Sequence record: PZ296772.1
DNA: 64,000 bases
Origin: a phage
Direction: 5' to 3' (one strand)
The notes beneath the pieces were generated by a model. The model made no database searches, was not told where the DNA came from, and worked only from the letters and a program-made list of their open reading frames with translations. This document shows positions 18,703 to 28,536 of the stretch, one piece after another. The position numbers and the translations under genes are program-made. Each line of letters starts with the position of its first letter. The stretch's first letter is position 1.

Positions 18703-19665
18703 ATGATTACTATCAATTCCAAAGAACACATTCTAGAACAGAAATATCGTCCTTCTTCCATTGACGAATGTATTCTGCCTGCGTATGACCATGAAACATT
18801 CAAGTCTTTAGTATCTAAAGGAAAACTTCCTCATATTATTTTGCACTCTCCTTCTCCTGGTACAGGTAAAACAACTGTAGCAAAAGCATTATGTAATGAT
18901 ATCAATGCCGAAATGATGTTCGTCAACGGTTCTGATTGTAAGATTGATTTTGTGCGTGGCCCGTTAACTGCATTCGCTCGTTCAGTCTCAATGGAAGGCA
19001 AGCCTAAAGTTATTGTTATTGATGAATTCGACCGTAGTGGTCTCGCCGAATCACAACGTCACCTTCGTACGTTTATGGAAGAATTCTCTAGTAACTGCTC
19101 TATTGTTATTACTGCTAACAACATCGATGGAATTATTGAACCATTACGTAGTCGTTGTCGAGTTATCGAATTCGGACGTCCAACCGAAGAAGATAAAATC
19201 TCGATGATGAAGAAAATGATTCATCGTATGGTTGAAATCTGTAAGAATGAAAATATCGAAATCGCTGATATGAAAGTTGTTGCAGCTCTGGTTAAAAAGA
19301 ACTTCCCGGACTTTCGTCGTACAATTGGTCAATTAGACCAGTACTCGTCTAAAGGTGTTCTTGATGCAGGTATTCTGTCTATCGTAACTAATGACCGTGG
19401 CACAGTCTCTGACGTTATCGAAGCAATGAAGAATAAAGATATCAAACAGCTTCGTGCATTAGCTCCAAAATATGCTGCAGATTATTCATGGTTCATCGAT
19501 AAATTAGTTTCAGAATGTTATGACCAAGTTGCACCTGGTAAAAGTATTATTTCGCTTTACGAAATTGCAGGCGAAAATAATAAGTTTCATGGACTAGCAA
19601 GTAATATTGAATTACATGTTATGTATATGCTTCTTCAACTGACCTGCGAACTGACTTGGAAATAA
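18703..19665 (+). CDS. 44: clamp loader large subunit gp44 (AAA+)
   Basis: Walker [15 protein letters not shown] Walker B; 320 aa. Confidence 0.93.
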   Translation: MITINSKEHILEQKYRPSSIDECILPAYDHETFKSLVSKGKLPHIILHSPSPGTGKTTVAKALCNDINAEMMFVNGSDCKIDFVRGPLTAFARSVSMEGKPKVIVIDEFDRSGLAESQRHLRTFMEEFSSNCSIVITANNIDGIIEPLRSRCRVIEFGRPTEEDKISMMKKMIHRMVEICKNENIEIADMKVVAALVKKNFPDFRRTIGQLDQYSSKGVLDAGILSIVTNDRGTVSDVIEAMKNKDIKQLRALAPKYAADYSWFIDKLVSECYDQVAPGKSIISLYEIAGENNKFHGLASNIELHVMYMLLQLTCELTWK

Positions 19666-19666
19666 T

Positions 19667-20230
19667 ATGAACTTATTTGATGATGACGTCCAGCTTAACG
19701 AGCACCAAATTGCATGGAAGTCTAATGACGCTGATGCGATCCAAAAATGTGCTGATATGTTTAAAGAAAAACCTGAGAATGAATTCTTTAAAATCATTAA
19801 TGCTATTAATGAAAAGAAACCTATGTCAATTGCTCAGGTCGACTACTCAAAATTTATGGTTGAGAACTCATTATCCCAGTTCCCAGAATGTATGCCAGCT
19901 GTTTACATGATGAACTTAGTCGGTTCTGAATTAAGTGATGAAGCGCACTTCAACTATATGATGGCGGCAATTCCGCGTGGTCGACGATTCTCTAAATGGG
20001 CTAAACTAGTAGAAGACACTTCAGAGTTACTAGTTATCAAACTGTTGATGAAACATTACACAATCAACATGAATGATGCTACCGAGTATAAGCGGCTCCT
20101 TGAAAAAAATAACAAGTTGCCAATAGTCCTTAAAGAACTGAAGGCCATGGTCACTGATGAATTTCTCAAAGAAGTTACCAAAAACGTGAAAGAACAAAAA
20201 CAATTTAAAAAATTAGCATTGGAATGGTAA
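19667..20230 (+). CDS. 62: clamp loader small subunit gp62
   Basis: 187-aa ORF immediately after 44; conserved T4 order. Confidence 0.85.
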   Translation: MNLFDDDVQLNEHQIAWKSNDADAIQKCADMFKEKPENEFFKIINAINEKKPMSIAQVDYSKFMVENSLSQFPECMPAVYMMNLVGSELSDEAHFNYMMAAIPRGRRFSKWAKLVEDTSELLVIKLLMKHYTINMNDATEYKRLLEKNNKLPIVLKELKAMVTDEFLKEVTKNVKEQKQFKKLALEW

Positions 20231-20232
20231 AA

Positions 20233-20601
20233 ATGATTGAAATTAAATTGAAGAACCCCGAAGATTTTCTGAAAGTCAAAGAGACTTTGACCCGTATGGG
20301 CATCGCTAATAACAAGGATAAAGTTCTTTATCAGTCCTGTCATATCCTCCAAAAGCAAGGTAAGTACTATATCGTCCACTTTAAAGAAATGTTGCGTATG
20401 GATGGACGTCAGGTTGATATCGACGGTGAAGACTATCAGCGACGTGATTCGATTGCCCAGTTGCTTGAAGACTGGGGATTGATTATTATTGAAGACTCTG
20501 CTCGTGAAGATCTATTTAGTCTGACTAATAACTTCCGAGTTATCTCTTTTAAACAGAAAGATGACTGGACTTTGAAAGCAAAATATACAATTGGTAATTA
20601 A
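20233..20601 (+). CDS. regA: translational repressor RegA
   Basis: MIEIKLKNPEDFLKVKETLTRMGIANNKDKVLYQSCHILQK matches T4 RegA from memory. Confidence 0.92.
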   Translation: MIEIKLKNPEDFLKVKETLTRMGIANNKDKVLYQSCHILQKQGKYYIVHFKEMLRMDGRQVDIDGEDYQRRDSIAQLLEDWGLIIIEDSAREDLFSLTNNFRVISFKQKDDWTLKAKYTIGN

Positions 20602-20606
20602 AGCAA

Positions 20607-20622
20607 TGGGACTTCGGTCCCA
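20607..20622 (+). promoter_or_regulatory. stem-loop between regA and gene 43, candidate gp43 translational operator or processing site
   Basis: tgggac-ttcg-gtccca hairpin; tataat at 20630 downstream; no U-tract. Confidence 0.45.
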
Positions 20623-20682
20623 TTTGGAGTATAATAAGTTCATCAACAAACAAAAGACAATAACTCGTCTAAAGGAAATTAA

Positions 20683-23394
20683 ATGAAAGAATTTTACTTA
20701 ACGGTTGAACAGATTGGTGATTCAATTTTTGAACGTTACATCGATTCTAATGGCCGTGAACGTACTCGTGAAGTAGAATATAAACCATCACTGTTTGCTC
20801 ATTGTCCAGAAAGTCAGGCTACGAAATATTTCGATATCTACGGTAAGCCGTGTACTCGTAAGTTGTTCGCTAATATGCGTGATGCCTCCCAATGGATTAA
20901 ACGCATGGAAGATATCGGACTTGAAGCACTTGGCATGGACGATTTCAAATTGGCGTATTTGTCTGACACTTATAACTATGAAATCAAATACGACCATACA
21001 AAAATTCGTGTGGCTAACTTCGACATCGAAGTAACATCTCCGGATGGGTTCCCTGAGCCGTCACAAGCAAAACATCCAATTGATGCTATCACCCATTATG
21101 ACTCAATTGATGACAGGTTTTATGTATTTGACCTTTTGAATTCTCCATACGGTAATGTGGAAGAATGGTCTATCGAAATTGCGGCTAAGCTTCAAGAACA
21201 AGGTGGTGATGAAGTTCCATCCGAAATTATCGATAAAATCATTTATATGCCGTTCGATAACGAAAAAGAATTGTTGATGGAATATCTCAACTTCTGGCAA
21301 CAGAAAACTCCTGTCATTTTGACTGGATGGAACGTTGAGTCATTTGATATTCCATATGTGTATAACCGAATCAAGAATATTTTTGGCGAATCAACTGCGA
21401 AACGTTTATCACCACATCGTAAAACTCGTGTTAAAGTTATCGAAAACATGTATGGTTCTCGTGAAATCATTACATTGTTCGGTATCTCTGTTCTTGATTA
21501 CATTGACCTTTACAAAAAATTCTCTTTTACCAATCAACCGTCATATTCTCTGGATTACATTTCAGAATTTGAATTGAACGTTGGTAAACTGAAATACGAC
21601 GGCCCTATTTCTAAGCTTCGTGAAAGCAATCACCAACGATATATTTCTTATAACATTATCGACGTGTATCGTGTATTGCAAATTGATGCTAAGCGTCAGT
21701 TCATCAACTTGAGCTTGGACATGGGTTATTATGCTAAAATTCAGATTCAATCCGTGTTCAGTCCAATTAAAACTTGGGACGCTATTATTTTTAATAGCCT
21801 TAAAGAACAAAACAAGGTGATTCCACAAGGTCGTTCGCATCCAGTTCAACCTTACCCAGGTGCTTTTGTTAAGGAACCTATTCCAAATCGATACAAATAT
21901 GTTATGAGCTTCGACCTCACATCTCTGTATCCAAGTATTATTCGCCAAGTGAATATTAGTCCGGAAACAATAGCAGGAACGTTTAAAGTAGCTCCATTGC
22001 ATGATTATATTAACGCTGTTGCTGAACGTCCTTCTGATGTGTACAGTTGTTCTCCTAACGGCATGATGTATTATAAAGACCGTGATGGTGTAGTTCCAAC
22101 TGAAATCACTAAGGTCTTTAATCAACGTAAAGAACATAAAGGTTACATGCTTGCAGCTCAACGTAATGGTGAAATAATTAAAGAGGCATTGCATAATCCT
22201 AATTTTTCTGATGACGAACCGTTAGATGTTGATTATCGTTTCGACTTCAGCGATGAGATTAAAGAAAAGATTAAAAAGTTGTCTGCTAAATCTCTTAATG
22301 AAATGTTGTTTAGAGCTCAACGTACTGAAGTTGCAGGTATGACTGCACAAATTAACCGTAAATTGCTTATCAACTCACTTTATGGTGCACTTGGCAACGT
22401 TTGGTTCCGTTATTACGATTTGCGTAATGCTACTGCAATCACAACATTCGGGCAAATGGCTTTACAGTGGATTGAACGTAAAGTCAATGAATATCTGAAT
22501 GAAGTTTGTGGTACAGAAGGCGAAGCTTTCGTTCTATATGGTGATACAGACTCCATTTACGTATCTGCAGATAAAATTATTGATAAGGTTGGTGAATCTA
22601 AATTCCGTGATACCAACCATTGGGTAGACTTCTTAGATAAGTTCGCTCGTGAACGTATGGAACCTGCTATTGATAGAGGTTTCCGTGAAATGTGCGAATA
22701 CATGAATAATAAGCAACATTTGATGTTCATGGACCGAGAAGCTATCGCTGGACCTCCGCTTGGTTCTAAAGGTATTGGCGGATTTTGGACTGGTAAGAAA
22801 CGTTATGCATTAAACGTGTGGGATATGGAAGGCACTCGTTACGCTGAGCCTAAACTCAAAATCATGGGTCTAGAGACTCAGAAATCTTCGACTCCTAAAG
22901 CAGTACAGAAAGCTCTTAAGGAATGTATTCGTCGTATGCTTCAGGAAGGTGAAGAATCATTACAAGAATATTTTAAAGAGTTTGAAAAAGAATTCCGTCA
23001 ATTGAATTATATTAGCATCGCGTCGGTATCTTCTGCGAATAACATCGCTAAATATGATGTTGGTGGATTCCCTGGTCCCAAATGCCCGTTCCATATTCGT
23101 GGAATTCTGACGTATAACCGGGCTATCAAAGGTAATATCGATGCACCACAAGTTGTAGAAGGTGAAAAAGTATATGTTCTGCCTTTACGTGAAGGAAACC
23201 CATTCGGTGATAAATGTATCGCATGGCCTTCTGGTACTGAAATCACAGATTTAATTAAAGACGACGTACTTCATTGGATGGACTACACTGTTCTCCTTGA
23301 GAAGACATTTATTAAACCACTTGAAGGATTCACATCAGCAGCGAAACTCGATTACGAGAAGAAAGCATCTCTGTTCGATATGTTCGATTTTTGA
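20683..23394 (+). CDS. 43: DNA polymerase gp43 (family B)
   Basis: 903 aa; exonuclease FDIE and polymerase YGDTDS motifs; N-terminus MKEFYLTVEQIGDSIFERYIDSNGRERTREVEYKPSLFAHCPE recalled as RB69 gp43. Confidence 0.95.
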   Translation: MKEFYLTVEQIGDSIFERYIDSNGRERTREVEYKPSLFAHCPESQATKYFDIYGKPCTRKLFANMRDASQWIKRMEDIGLEALGMDDFKLAYLSDTYNYEIKYDHTKIRVANFDIEVTSPDGFPEPSQAKHPIDAITHYDSIDDRFYVFDLLNSPYGNVEEWSIEIAAKLQEQGGDEVPSEIIDKIIYMPFDNEKELLMEYLNFWQQKTPVILTGWNVESFDIPYVYNRIKNIFGESTAKRLSPHRKTRVKVIENMYGSREIITLFGISVLDYIDLYKKFSFTNQPSYSLDYISEFELNVGKLKYDGPISKLRESNHQRYISYNIIDVYRVLQIDAKRQFINLSLDMGYYAKIQIQSVFSPIKTWDAIIFNSLKEQNKVIPQGRSHPVQPYPGAFVKEPIPNRYKYVMSFDLTSLYPSIIRQVNISPETIAGTFKVAPLHDYINAVAERPSDVYSCSPNGMMYYKDRDGVVPTEITKVFNQRKEHKGYMLAAQRNGEIIKEALHNPNFSDDEPLDVDYRFDFSDEIKEKIKKLSAKSLNEMLFRAQRTEVAGMTAQINRKLLINSLYGALGNVWFRYYDLRNATAITTFGQMALQWIERKVNEYLNEVCGTEGEAFVLYGDTDSIYVSADKIIDKVGESKFRDTNHWVDFLDKFARERMEPAIDRGFREMCEYMNNKQHLMFMDREAIAGPPLGSKGIGGFWTGKKRYALNVWDMEGTRYAEPKLKIMGLETQKSSTPKAVQKALKECIRRMLQEGEESLQEYFKEFEKEFRQLNYISIASVSSANNIAKYDVGGFPGPKCPFHIRGILTYNRAIKGNIDAPQVVEGEKVYVLPLREGNPFGDKCIAWPSGTEITDLIKDDVLHWMDYTVLLEKTFIKPLEGFTSAAKLDYEKKASLFDMFDF

Positions 23395-23434
23395 TATAAT
23401 ACCATGGACGGTAAACTAATTAAATGAGAGAAAT

Positions 23435-24070
23435 ATGAAAACTACTCCTATTACTATCGCTATTGACGCAATCATAAAACAAGCTTCTTCTTTGGCCGCT
23501 ATGGCCAAAGTAATTAGTCAAAACCCTGCTCGTTATAATGCTATTCTAGAAACTCTTCGACGCCCGGGACTTAGTAATTATGAAAGCCGAGTAATTATTA
23601 CAGGTGTTGGTAAGAATGCTAATATTGCAACTAAAGCTTCTGAGACATTTGCTTCACTCGGTATCCCGAGTATGTACTTGAACACCGGGCACTATTCTCA
23701 CGGTGATGCAGGATTTATTGCGCCTAATGATGTATTAGTTCACATCAGTCGTTCTGGTAAGACTGAAGAAATGATAGGTGTTGCTAAACATCTTCGTATG
23801 ATTCGTCCTCAGGTTAAACAGATTCTGTTACATTGTAACCCTGACATTCCACAAGAATACGAAGCTCTTTTTGATTATACGTTCTGTACCGGTATCGCGG
23901 TAGAAGTTGACGAGAACTCTTTAGCTCCGACAATGTCAACCACATTGTTGTTAGCGCTTATCGATACGTTCGCTATCAACCTTTCGTCTGAGCGTGGATT
24001 TACCTCTAATGACTTCCTTAAGTTCCACCCTGGTGGTGCACTAGGTGCCATGTTACGAGGCGAACAATGA
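23435..24070 (+). CDS. SIS-domain sugar-phosphate isomerase, KdsD/GutQ-type arabinose-5-phosphate isomerase-like
   Basis: 211 aa; GVGKNANIA phosphosugar-binding loop, HGDAGFI, LAPTMSTT signature, HPGGALG. Confidence 0.75.
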   Translation: MKTTPITIAIDAIIKQASSLAAMAKVISQNPARYNAILETLRRPGLSNYESRVIITGVGKNANIATKASETFASLGIPSMYLNTGHYSHGDAGFIAPNDVLVHISRSGKTEEMIGVAKHLRMIRPQVKQILLHCNPDIPQEYEALFDYTFCTGIAVEVDENSLAPTMSTTLLLALIDTFAINLSSERGFTSNDFLKFHPGGALGAMLRGEQ

Positions 24071-24210
24071 AAGCAATAACAATAGGACTTTTACTATTGA
24101 TGCTTGTCATGACTATCTACTGGAGCTTAACGGCTCCAGTAATGATTCCAACACTTGTAATTGGATGGATTATGATTGGTCTACAGGCAAAGTATGAATG
24201 CTTTAACTAG
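24067..24210 (+). CDS. small hydrophobic membrane peptide (below ORF-track cutoff)
   Basis: 47 aa MKAITIGLLLLMLVMTIYWSL...; ATGA overlap with upstream stop. Confidence 0.35.
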   Translation: MKAITIGLLLLMLVMTIYWSLTAPVMIPTLVIGWIMIGLQAKYECFN

Positions 24211-24251
24211 AATAGTGTACAATACATCTACTTACCAATGAGGACCACAAC

Positions 24252-25937
24252 ATGAAAAAAGCTGTTATTCTTGGTGCTGGACTGGCAACTCGTTTGTATC
24301 CAATAACGCATCATATTCCAAAAGTTCTTGTGAACTATAAACAAGACACTATTCTGAGCAATTTGTATACAATTTATTCTGACCTTGGCGCAGATGAAAT
24401 TATTGTAGTAGTTCATTCAAAATTTGCTGAAACTGTTCGAGCTTATTGTGAGCAAGAAGGGTTCAATGTGACTATTCGTACAGTTGATGAAGCGTATGGT
24501 TCTGCTTATGCTCTTGCTAAATTACACAAAGATTTAGACGGCCATAATGTAATTGTTAACTGGTGTGATATTATTCCTGATTTTGGTTCATGGTCTTGGA
24601 ATGTTAACGCAATCTATGTTAAGGGTGACGAATGTCGGTATAATTTCGACGGTGAAAATATCACTAACGTAGGTTCAACAGGTGGTAATGTTGTAGGAAT
24701 TTATCAGTTCAAAGACTGGGAATTCTATATGGGTTCTACTGATGAGGAAATTCATGAATACTGCAAAGGACGCGATTTCGTAGAATTCCTTTACAGCGGC
24801 GCATTCAATAAATCAGAGCTTATGAATCTAATTGATTTAGGTGATATGCCTAAACTTGAAAAAGCTCATGAAGTTCGTGAACTTAATCGTAGTTTTAATG
24901 CAGTTGAAATTGGTGAAGAAACTGTAACTAAATTCGCATTAACCGAACAGGGTCGAGCTCTTCAGAAAGATGAGATTTCATGGTATCTTAAAGTGAAATC
25001 AGATTCAGTTCCTCAGTTAGTTTCTGTAAATGAAAATAACTTTGAAATGGAACGTATTAAAGGTAAGCCGGCATTTGAATATATTAAATCCAAATCAAGT
25101 CTTGCTCGTCCACAAATTGTTGATGCAATTTTAGATGCACTAAAATTCAGCACAGACACGTATTTTGTAAGTCCTGAAACTGTTCGTCGTGATTTCACTA
25201 AAGAATTCTATACGAAAGTTATTGATCGTTGTGAAAGCATTCAGCCATTGATTGATTCATTTGGTAAAATCACACACGTGAACTACACTAAGATTGGACG
25301 TCTGAAGCCAATGCTGAAACAAGCTTTAGAACACCTTATTCGTTATCATAACCGTTCTCAGGGACAGTACTCTGTTATTCATGGTGACCCGAACTTCAGT
25401 AATACTATGATTACTGATAACGGCGAAGTCAAGTTTATCGACCCTCGTGGATATTTTGGCGAAACCAAGATTTACGGGCCAAAATTGTATGATGAAGCTA
25501 AAGTGCTTTATGCTGTTTCAGGTTATGATGAATTCAATGCTAATCCGACCTGGGGACAGTTTACTATTGATGAAACAACTTGTAATGTGACTATTAACAT
25601 CAATCCATTAATTTACAAATATGGAAAGATGAGTTCGTTTAACGAGTATCATCATTTGGCTGTAGCAATTATCTGGATTGCATTAGGTGGTTATTTCAAG
25701 AATAATCCACTTAAAGCGGTAGCCGCATATTATAAAGGTATGGAACTTCTGACTAAGCAATTACGTAACATGGGCCGTGTACTTCAAGATGGCTCTATTA
25801 GTTATGACGTAGCAGAACCTGTAACGGCTACTCTGATTACAAAAAATCCTGGTAAATGGGTACTAACTGATAAAGAAACTGGTGTTTCCTATCGTCCAAT
25901 CGGTGGCGATATCACTCATCAATGGGAACGAATCTAA
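24252..25937 (+). CDS. bifunctional sugar-1-phosphate nucleotidyltransferase / sugar kinase
   Basis: N-terminal LGAGLATRLYPIT resembles RmlA/GlmU GxGTRL pyrophosphorylase loop; C-terminal HGDPNFSNTMI...IDPRG resembles APH/choline-kinase-type catalytic loop. Confidence 0.7.
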   Translation: MKKAVILGAGLATRLYPITHHIPKVLVNYKQDTILSNLYTIYSDLGADEIIVVVHSKFAETVRAYCEQEGFNVTIRTVDEAYGSAYALAKLHKDLDGHNVIVNWCDIIPDFGSWSWNVNAIYVKGDECRYNFDGENITNVGSTGGNVVGIYQFKDWEFYMGSTDEEIHEYCKGRDFVEFLYSGAFNKSELMNLIDLGDMPKLEKAHEVRELNRSFNAVEIGEETVTKFALTEQGRALQKDEISWYLKVKSDSVPQLVSVNENNFEMERIKGKPAFEYIKSKSSLARPQIVDAILDALKFSTDTYFVSPETVRRDFTKEFYTKVIDRCESIQPLIDSFGKITHVNYTKIGRLKPMLKQALEHLIRYHNRSQGQYSVIHGDPNFSNTMITDNGEVKFIDPRGYFGETKIYGPKLYDEAKVLYAVSGYDEFNANPTWGQFTIDETTCNVTININPLIYKYGKMSSFNEYHHLAVAIIWIALGGYFKNNPLKAVAAYYKGMELLTKQLRNMGRVLQDGSISYDVAEPVTATLITKNPGKWVLTDKETGVSYRPIGGDITHQWERI

Positions 25938-26323
25938 TGCATCGTGTAGAAAACATGCTTAATCTTTGTTTTGATGTCGACGATTGTATAACAGAGTGGA
26001 ATAACAATCGTGATTACGTGAACTTCAAGCCAGACGTCGAAATGGTGACTGCCATTAATGCCCTGTATGATGCAGGGCATACCATAACGCTTTACACTGC
26101 TCGTGGTATGAAGTCAGTAGGTCCTGGACGTATAGCAATTGACATTCTACCGAGTCTGATTCAGAACTTGGAAAACATTGGTTTGAAGTACCATAATTTG
26201 CTAACACATAAACCAGTATATGATTGGATTATCGACGACAAAGCTATGCGTCCTGACGAATTCAAAGCTCTTATGAATAAAGGCGAATTCGAAACATTTA
26301 AATCATATAAACCGAACCTATAA
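25937..26323 (+). CDS. HAD-superfamily phosphatase (KdsC-like size)
   Basis: FDVDDCIT motif I, TLYTARG motif II, IIDDKA motif IV; about 128 aa. Confidence 0.65.
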   Translation: MHRVENMLNLCFDVDDCITEWNNNRDYVNFKPDVEMVTAINALYDAGHTITLYTARGMKSVGPGRIAIDILPSLIQNLENIGLKYHNLLTHKPVYDWIIDDKAMRPDEFKALMNKGEFETFKSYKPNL

Positions 26324-26371
26324 TAATTTAAGTAAGACCTGCAAAAAAACCATCGCATCAATTAACGTGAG

Positions 26372-27541
26372 ATGCAAAAAATGAATACTTTTAAAATCGG
26401 AACGAATTTTGATTTAGCTCTTCTTGATAAAATCGTAGAGCTCAATAAAACTTATCCTAATAGCTTGATAAACGAAGTGTACGGCTCTACAAGAGAAATG
26501 GCTTTTGTAGCAGCCAGACCTGATTTTAGGCTTCCTGACGTTGACAAAAAGATGTTAGAAGATTACGTTAAACGTTGTAACGAATTAGGTATTTGCTTTA
26601 ACTATACACTCAACACGATAAATCCTGGTTCAAAAAGAGAACTAGTTGAGTGGAAGAAGAAAGCTATTCAGGATTATGTTCAGTATCTTTGGTCAATAGG
26701 CGTATGGCGTATTACTATCGCTAACCCTGTTGTTATGGAAATTGTTCGTGAAGTAAATAAAGACATTGAGATTGAAGTTTCAACAATTCTACATGTTGAT
26801 GCTGTAACTCAAATCAAATACTTGCATGACCAATATAATATCAAAAAGGTCTGCTGTGGAATTCATAAGAACCGTTCAGTTTCTTTCCTGAAGCGTGCAG
26901 CAGAGTTTTGCAATAAGAACAATATAATATTTGAAGTTCTTGTAAATGAGTTCTGTTCTAATGCTGGTAAAGGGTATACAACACATTGTAGCTATCGTGA
27001 CTCTTGCTATATTTTCCATAGTACTGATGTTACAGCTGATGATGCTAAATCCTTAAATGGATATCCAATGCAGCACTGTATTAAAGCTCGTGATACAGAC
27101 CCATTTAACTGGTTGAGAACTCGTTTTGTTCGTCCTCAAGATTTGAAACTTTATAATGATATTGGTATCACTCAATTCAAAGTTTCAGGACGTACAGGTA
27201 GCACAGACTACATTTTGAAAGTTCTTGAAGCATACGCTTCTGAAAAGTTTGAAGGTAATTTGTTAGAACTGTGGAAGCCTTTAGAGACTATTTTCACTCT
27301 TGAAAACGAAACCGAGTTTTCACATACAGTAAATATTGAAACCTCTTTGTTAGATGGCTTTTTAGAAAAAAGGTGGTTCAGACATCCAGATTTCGATTGT
27401 GCTAATGAAATCTGTGGGACGACGTGTACATATTGTGAAAGATATTATAAACGTCAGTTATCTAAAAACGGGTTAGCAGAAAACTCTATATCTATTATTG
27501 ATATAACTAACTCTGATGACGCTTTGAGGTACCCGGAATGA
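26372..27541 (+). CDS. Cys-rich protein of unknown function in the modification island
   Basis: 389 aa; cysteine-dense segment NEFCSNAGKGYTTHCSYRDSCYIF loosely reminiscent of peptidase U32-type cysteine motifs; terminal C-x-C-x5-C-T-Y-C. Confidence 0.5.
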   Translation: MQKMNTFKIGTNFDLALLDKIVELNKTYPNSLINEVYGSTREMAFVAARPDFRLPDVDKKMLEDYVKRCNELGICFNYTLNTINPGSKRELVEWKKKAIQDYVQYLWSIGVWRITIANPVVMEIVREVNKDIEIEVSTILHVDAVTQIKYLHDQYNIKKVCCGIHKNRSVSFLKRAAEFCNKNNIIFEVLVNEFCSNAGKGYTTHCSYRDSCYIFHSTDVTADDAKSLNGYPMQHCIKARDTDPFNWLRTRFVRPQDLKLYNDIGITQFKVSGRTGSTDYILKVLEAYASEKFEGNLLELWKPLETIFTLENETEFSHTVNIETSLLDGFLEKRWFRHPDFDCANEICGTTCTYCERYYKRQLSKNGLAENSISIIDITNSDDALRYPE

Positions 27542-27777
27542 TTTCTAGAAAAACTTTTAATCACCAACTTAATGAAGAGATTTTGACTACGAAACTGAAC
27601 ACTAACGAACAAATTCTTAAAAAGGCCCTTATGGGCCTGTTTGAAACCAAAGCGGCTAAAGTGATTAAAGAACCTGTTCAATTGGAATACTACGCTGATG
27701 CATTTCTTCACAGTGTTCTTGGAAGTATCGATGCTGAAGCTTTACGGTATACCAACATTGCCAAGAAATTCAAATAA
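27538..27777 (+). CDS. hypothetical protein
   Basis: 79-aa ORF coupled to upstream gene. Confidence 0.45.
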   Translation: MISRKTFNHQLNEEILTTKLNTNEQILKKALMGLFETKAAKVIKEPVQLEYYADAFLHSVLGSIDAEALRYTNIAKKFK

Positions 27778-27819
27778 GCTTTACGAATCGAGTATATAAT
27801 AAATTGTATTGAGGTAAAC

Positions 27820-28536
27820 ATGGGAAAACATAACACAATGAAATATATCAAAGCCGCAGATTTTCAAGCCGCATTTAAAGCAGTCAATCGTGAAATTTTA
27901 GAAAACCCAGAATTCGTAACTGATTCTCGTATTGGACGTTGTAATGAAATTGGGTCTATGACAGTAGTTGTTGACACTCCATCATCATTCAAAATGACCG
28001 ACCCACGTATTAACCGCATCTCTTATGAATATGCTGAAGACTTCTGGAAGTTTATGATTTCTGGTGGTACTGACGCAGAAGAAGCGTTTAAGGCATACCC
28101 TAATGTCGCTAAATTTATTTCTAAACCCAAATCAGACGCTTTGCCGGCGAACTTCAACACTTTCTATGGTCCTCGCATTGCGGCCCAATTACCAGCTCTT
28201 CTAAAAGAACTTAAAGAGAAGCCTAACTCTCGAAGAGTTGTGTTCCAAATTCTAGAAAGTTCTGATCAGGCTTTGCTTGATTCGGACGAAACGCTTGAAT
28301 ATCCATGTACTGACTCAGTGACTTATTATATTCGTGATGGTAAGCTTTATACCCACTGTCATATGCGTTCTCAGAACTGTGCTGTTGTTATGCAGTTGGA
28401 TTTTTATCTCCAAGGAAAATTACTTCATTATATCGCTAACGAATGCGGTGTAGAAGTAGGTGATTATACTCATACCATGGTAAGTGCCCATGTGTTTGAA
28501 CGTGATTTTGATTATGTTAAAGGATTCCTTGACTAA
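27820..28536 (+). CDS. 42: thymidylate-synthase-fold dCMP hydroxymethylase homologue (diverged gp42)
   Basis: 238 aa; PNSRRVV...YPCTDSVTYYIRDGKLYTHCHMRSQ aligns by eye with T4 gp42 PDSRR...MCTNTVQYLIRDKK...NMRSND. Confidence 0.65.
   Translation: MGKHNTMKYIKAADFQAAFKAVNREILENPEFVTDSRIGRCNEIGSMTVVVDTPSSFKMTDPRINRISYEYAEDFWKFMISGGTDAEEAFKAYPNVAKFISKPKSDALPANFNTFYGPRIAAQLPALLKELKEKPNSRRVVFQILESSDQALLDSDETLEYPCTDSVTYYIRDGKLYTHCHMRSQNCAVVMQLDFYLQGKLLHYIANECGVEVGDYTHTMVSAHVFERDFDYVKGFLD

Noticed and set aside
21562-22194. 210-aa ORF on the - strand inside DNA polymerase gene 43
   Set aside because: Lies wholly antisense within a well-supported essential gene, has no RBS, and has a Leu/Phe/Asn-rich composition typical of antisense frames
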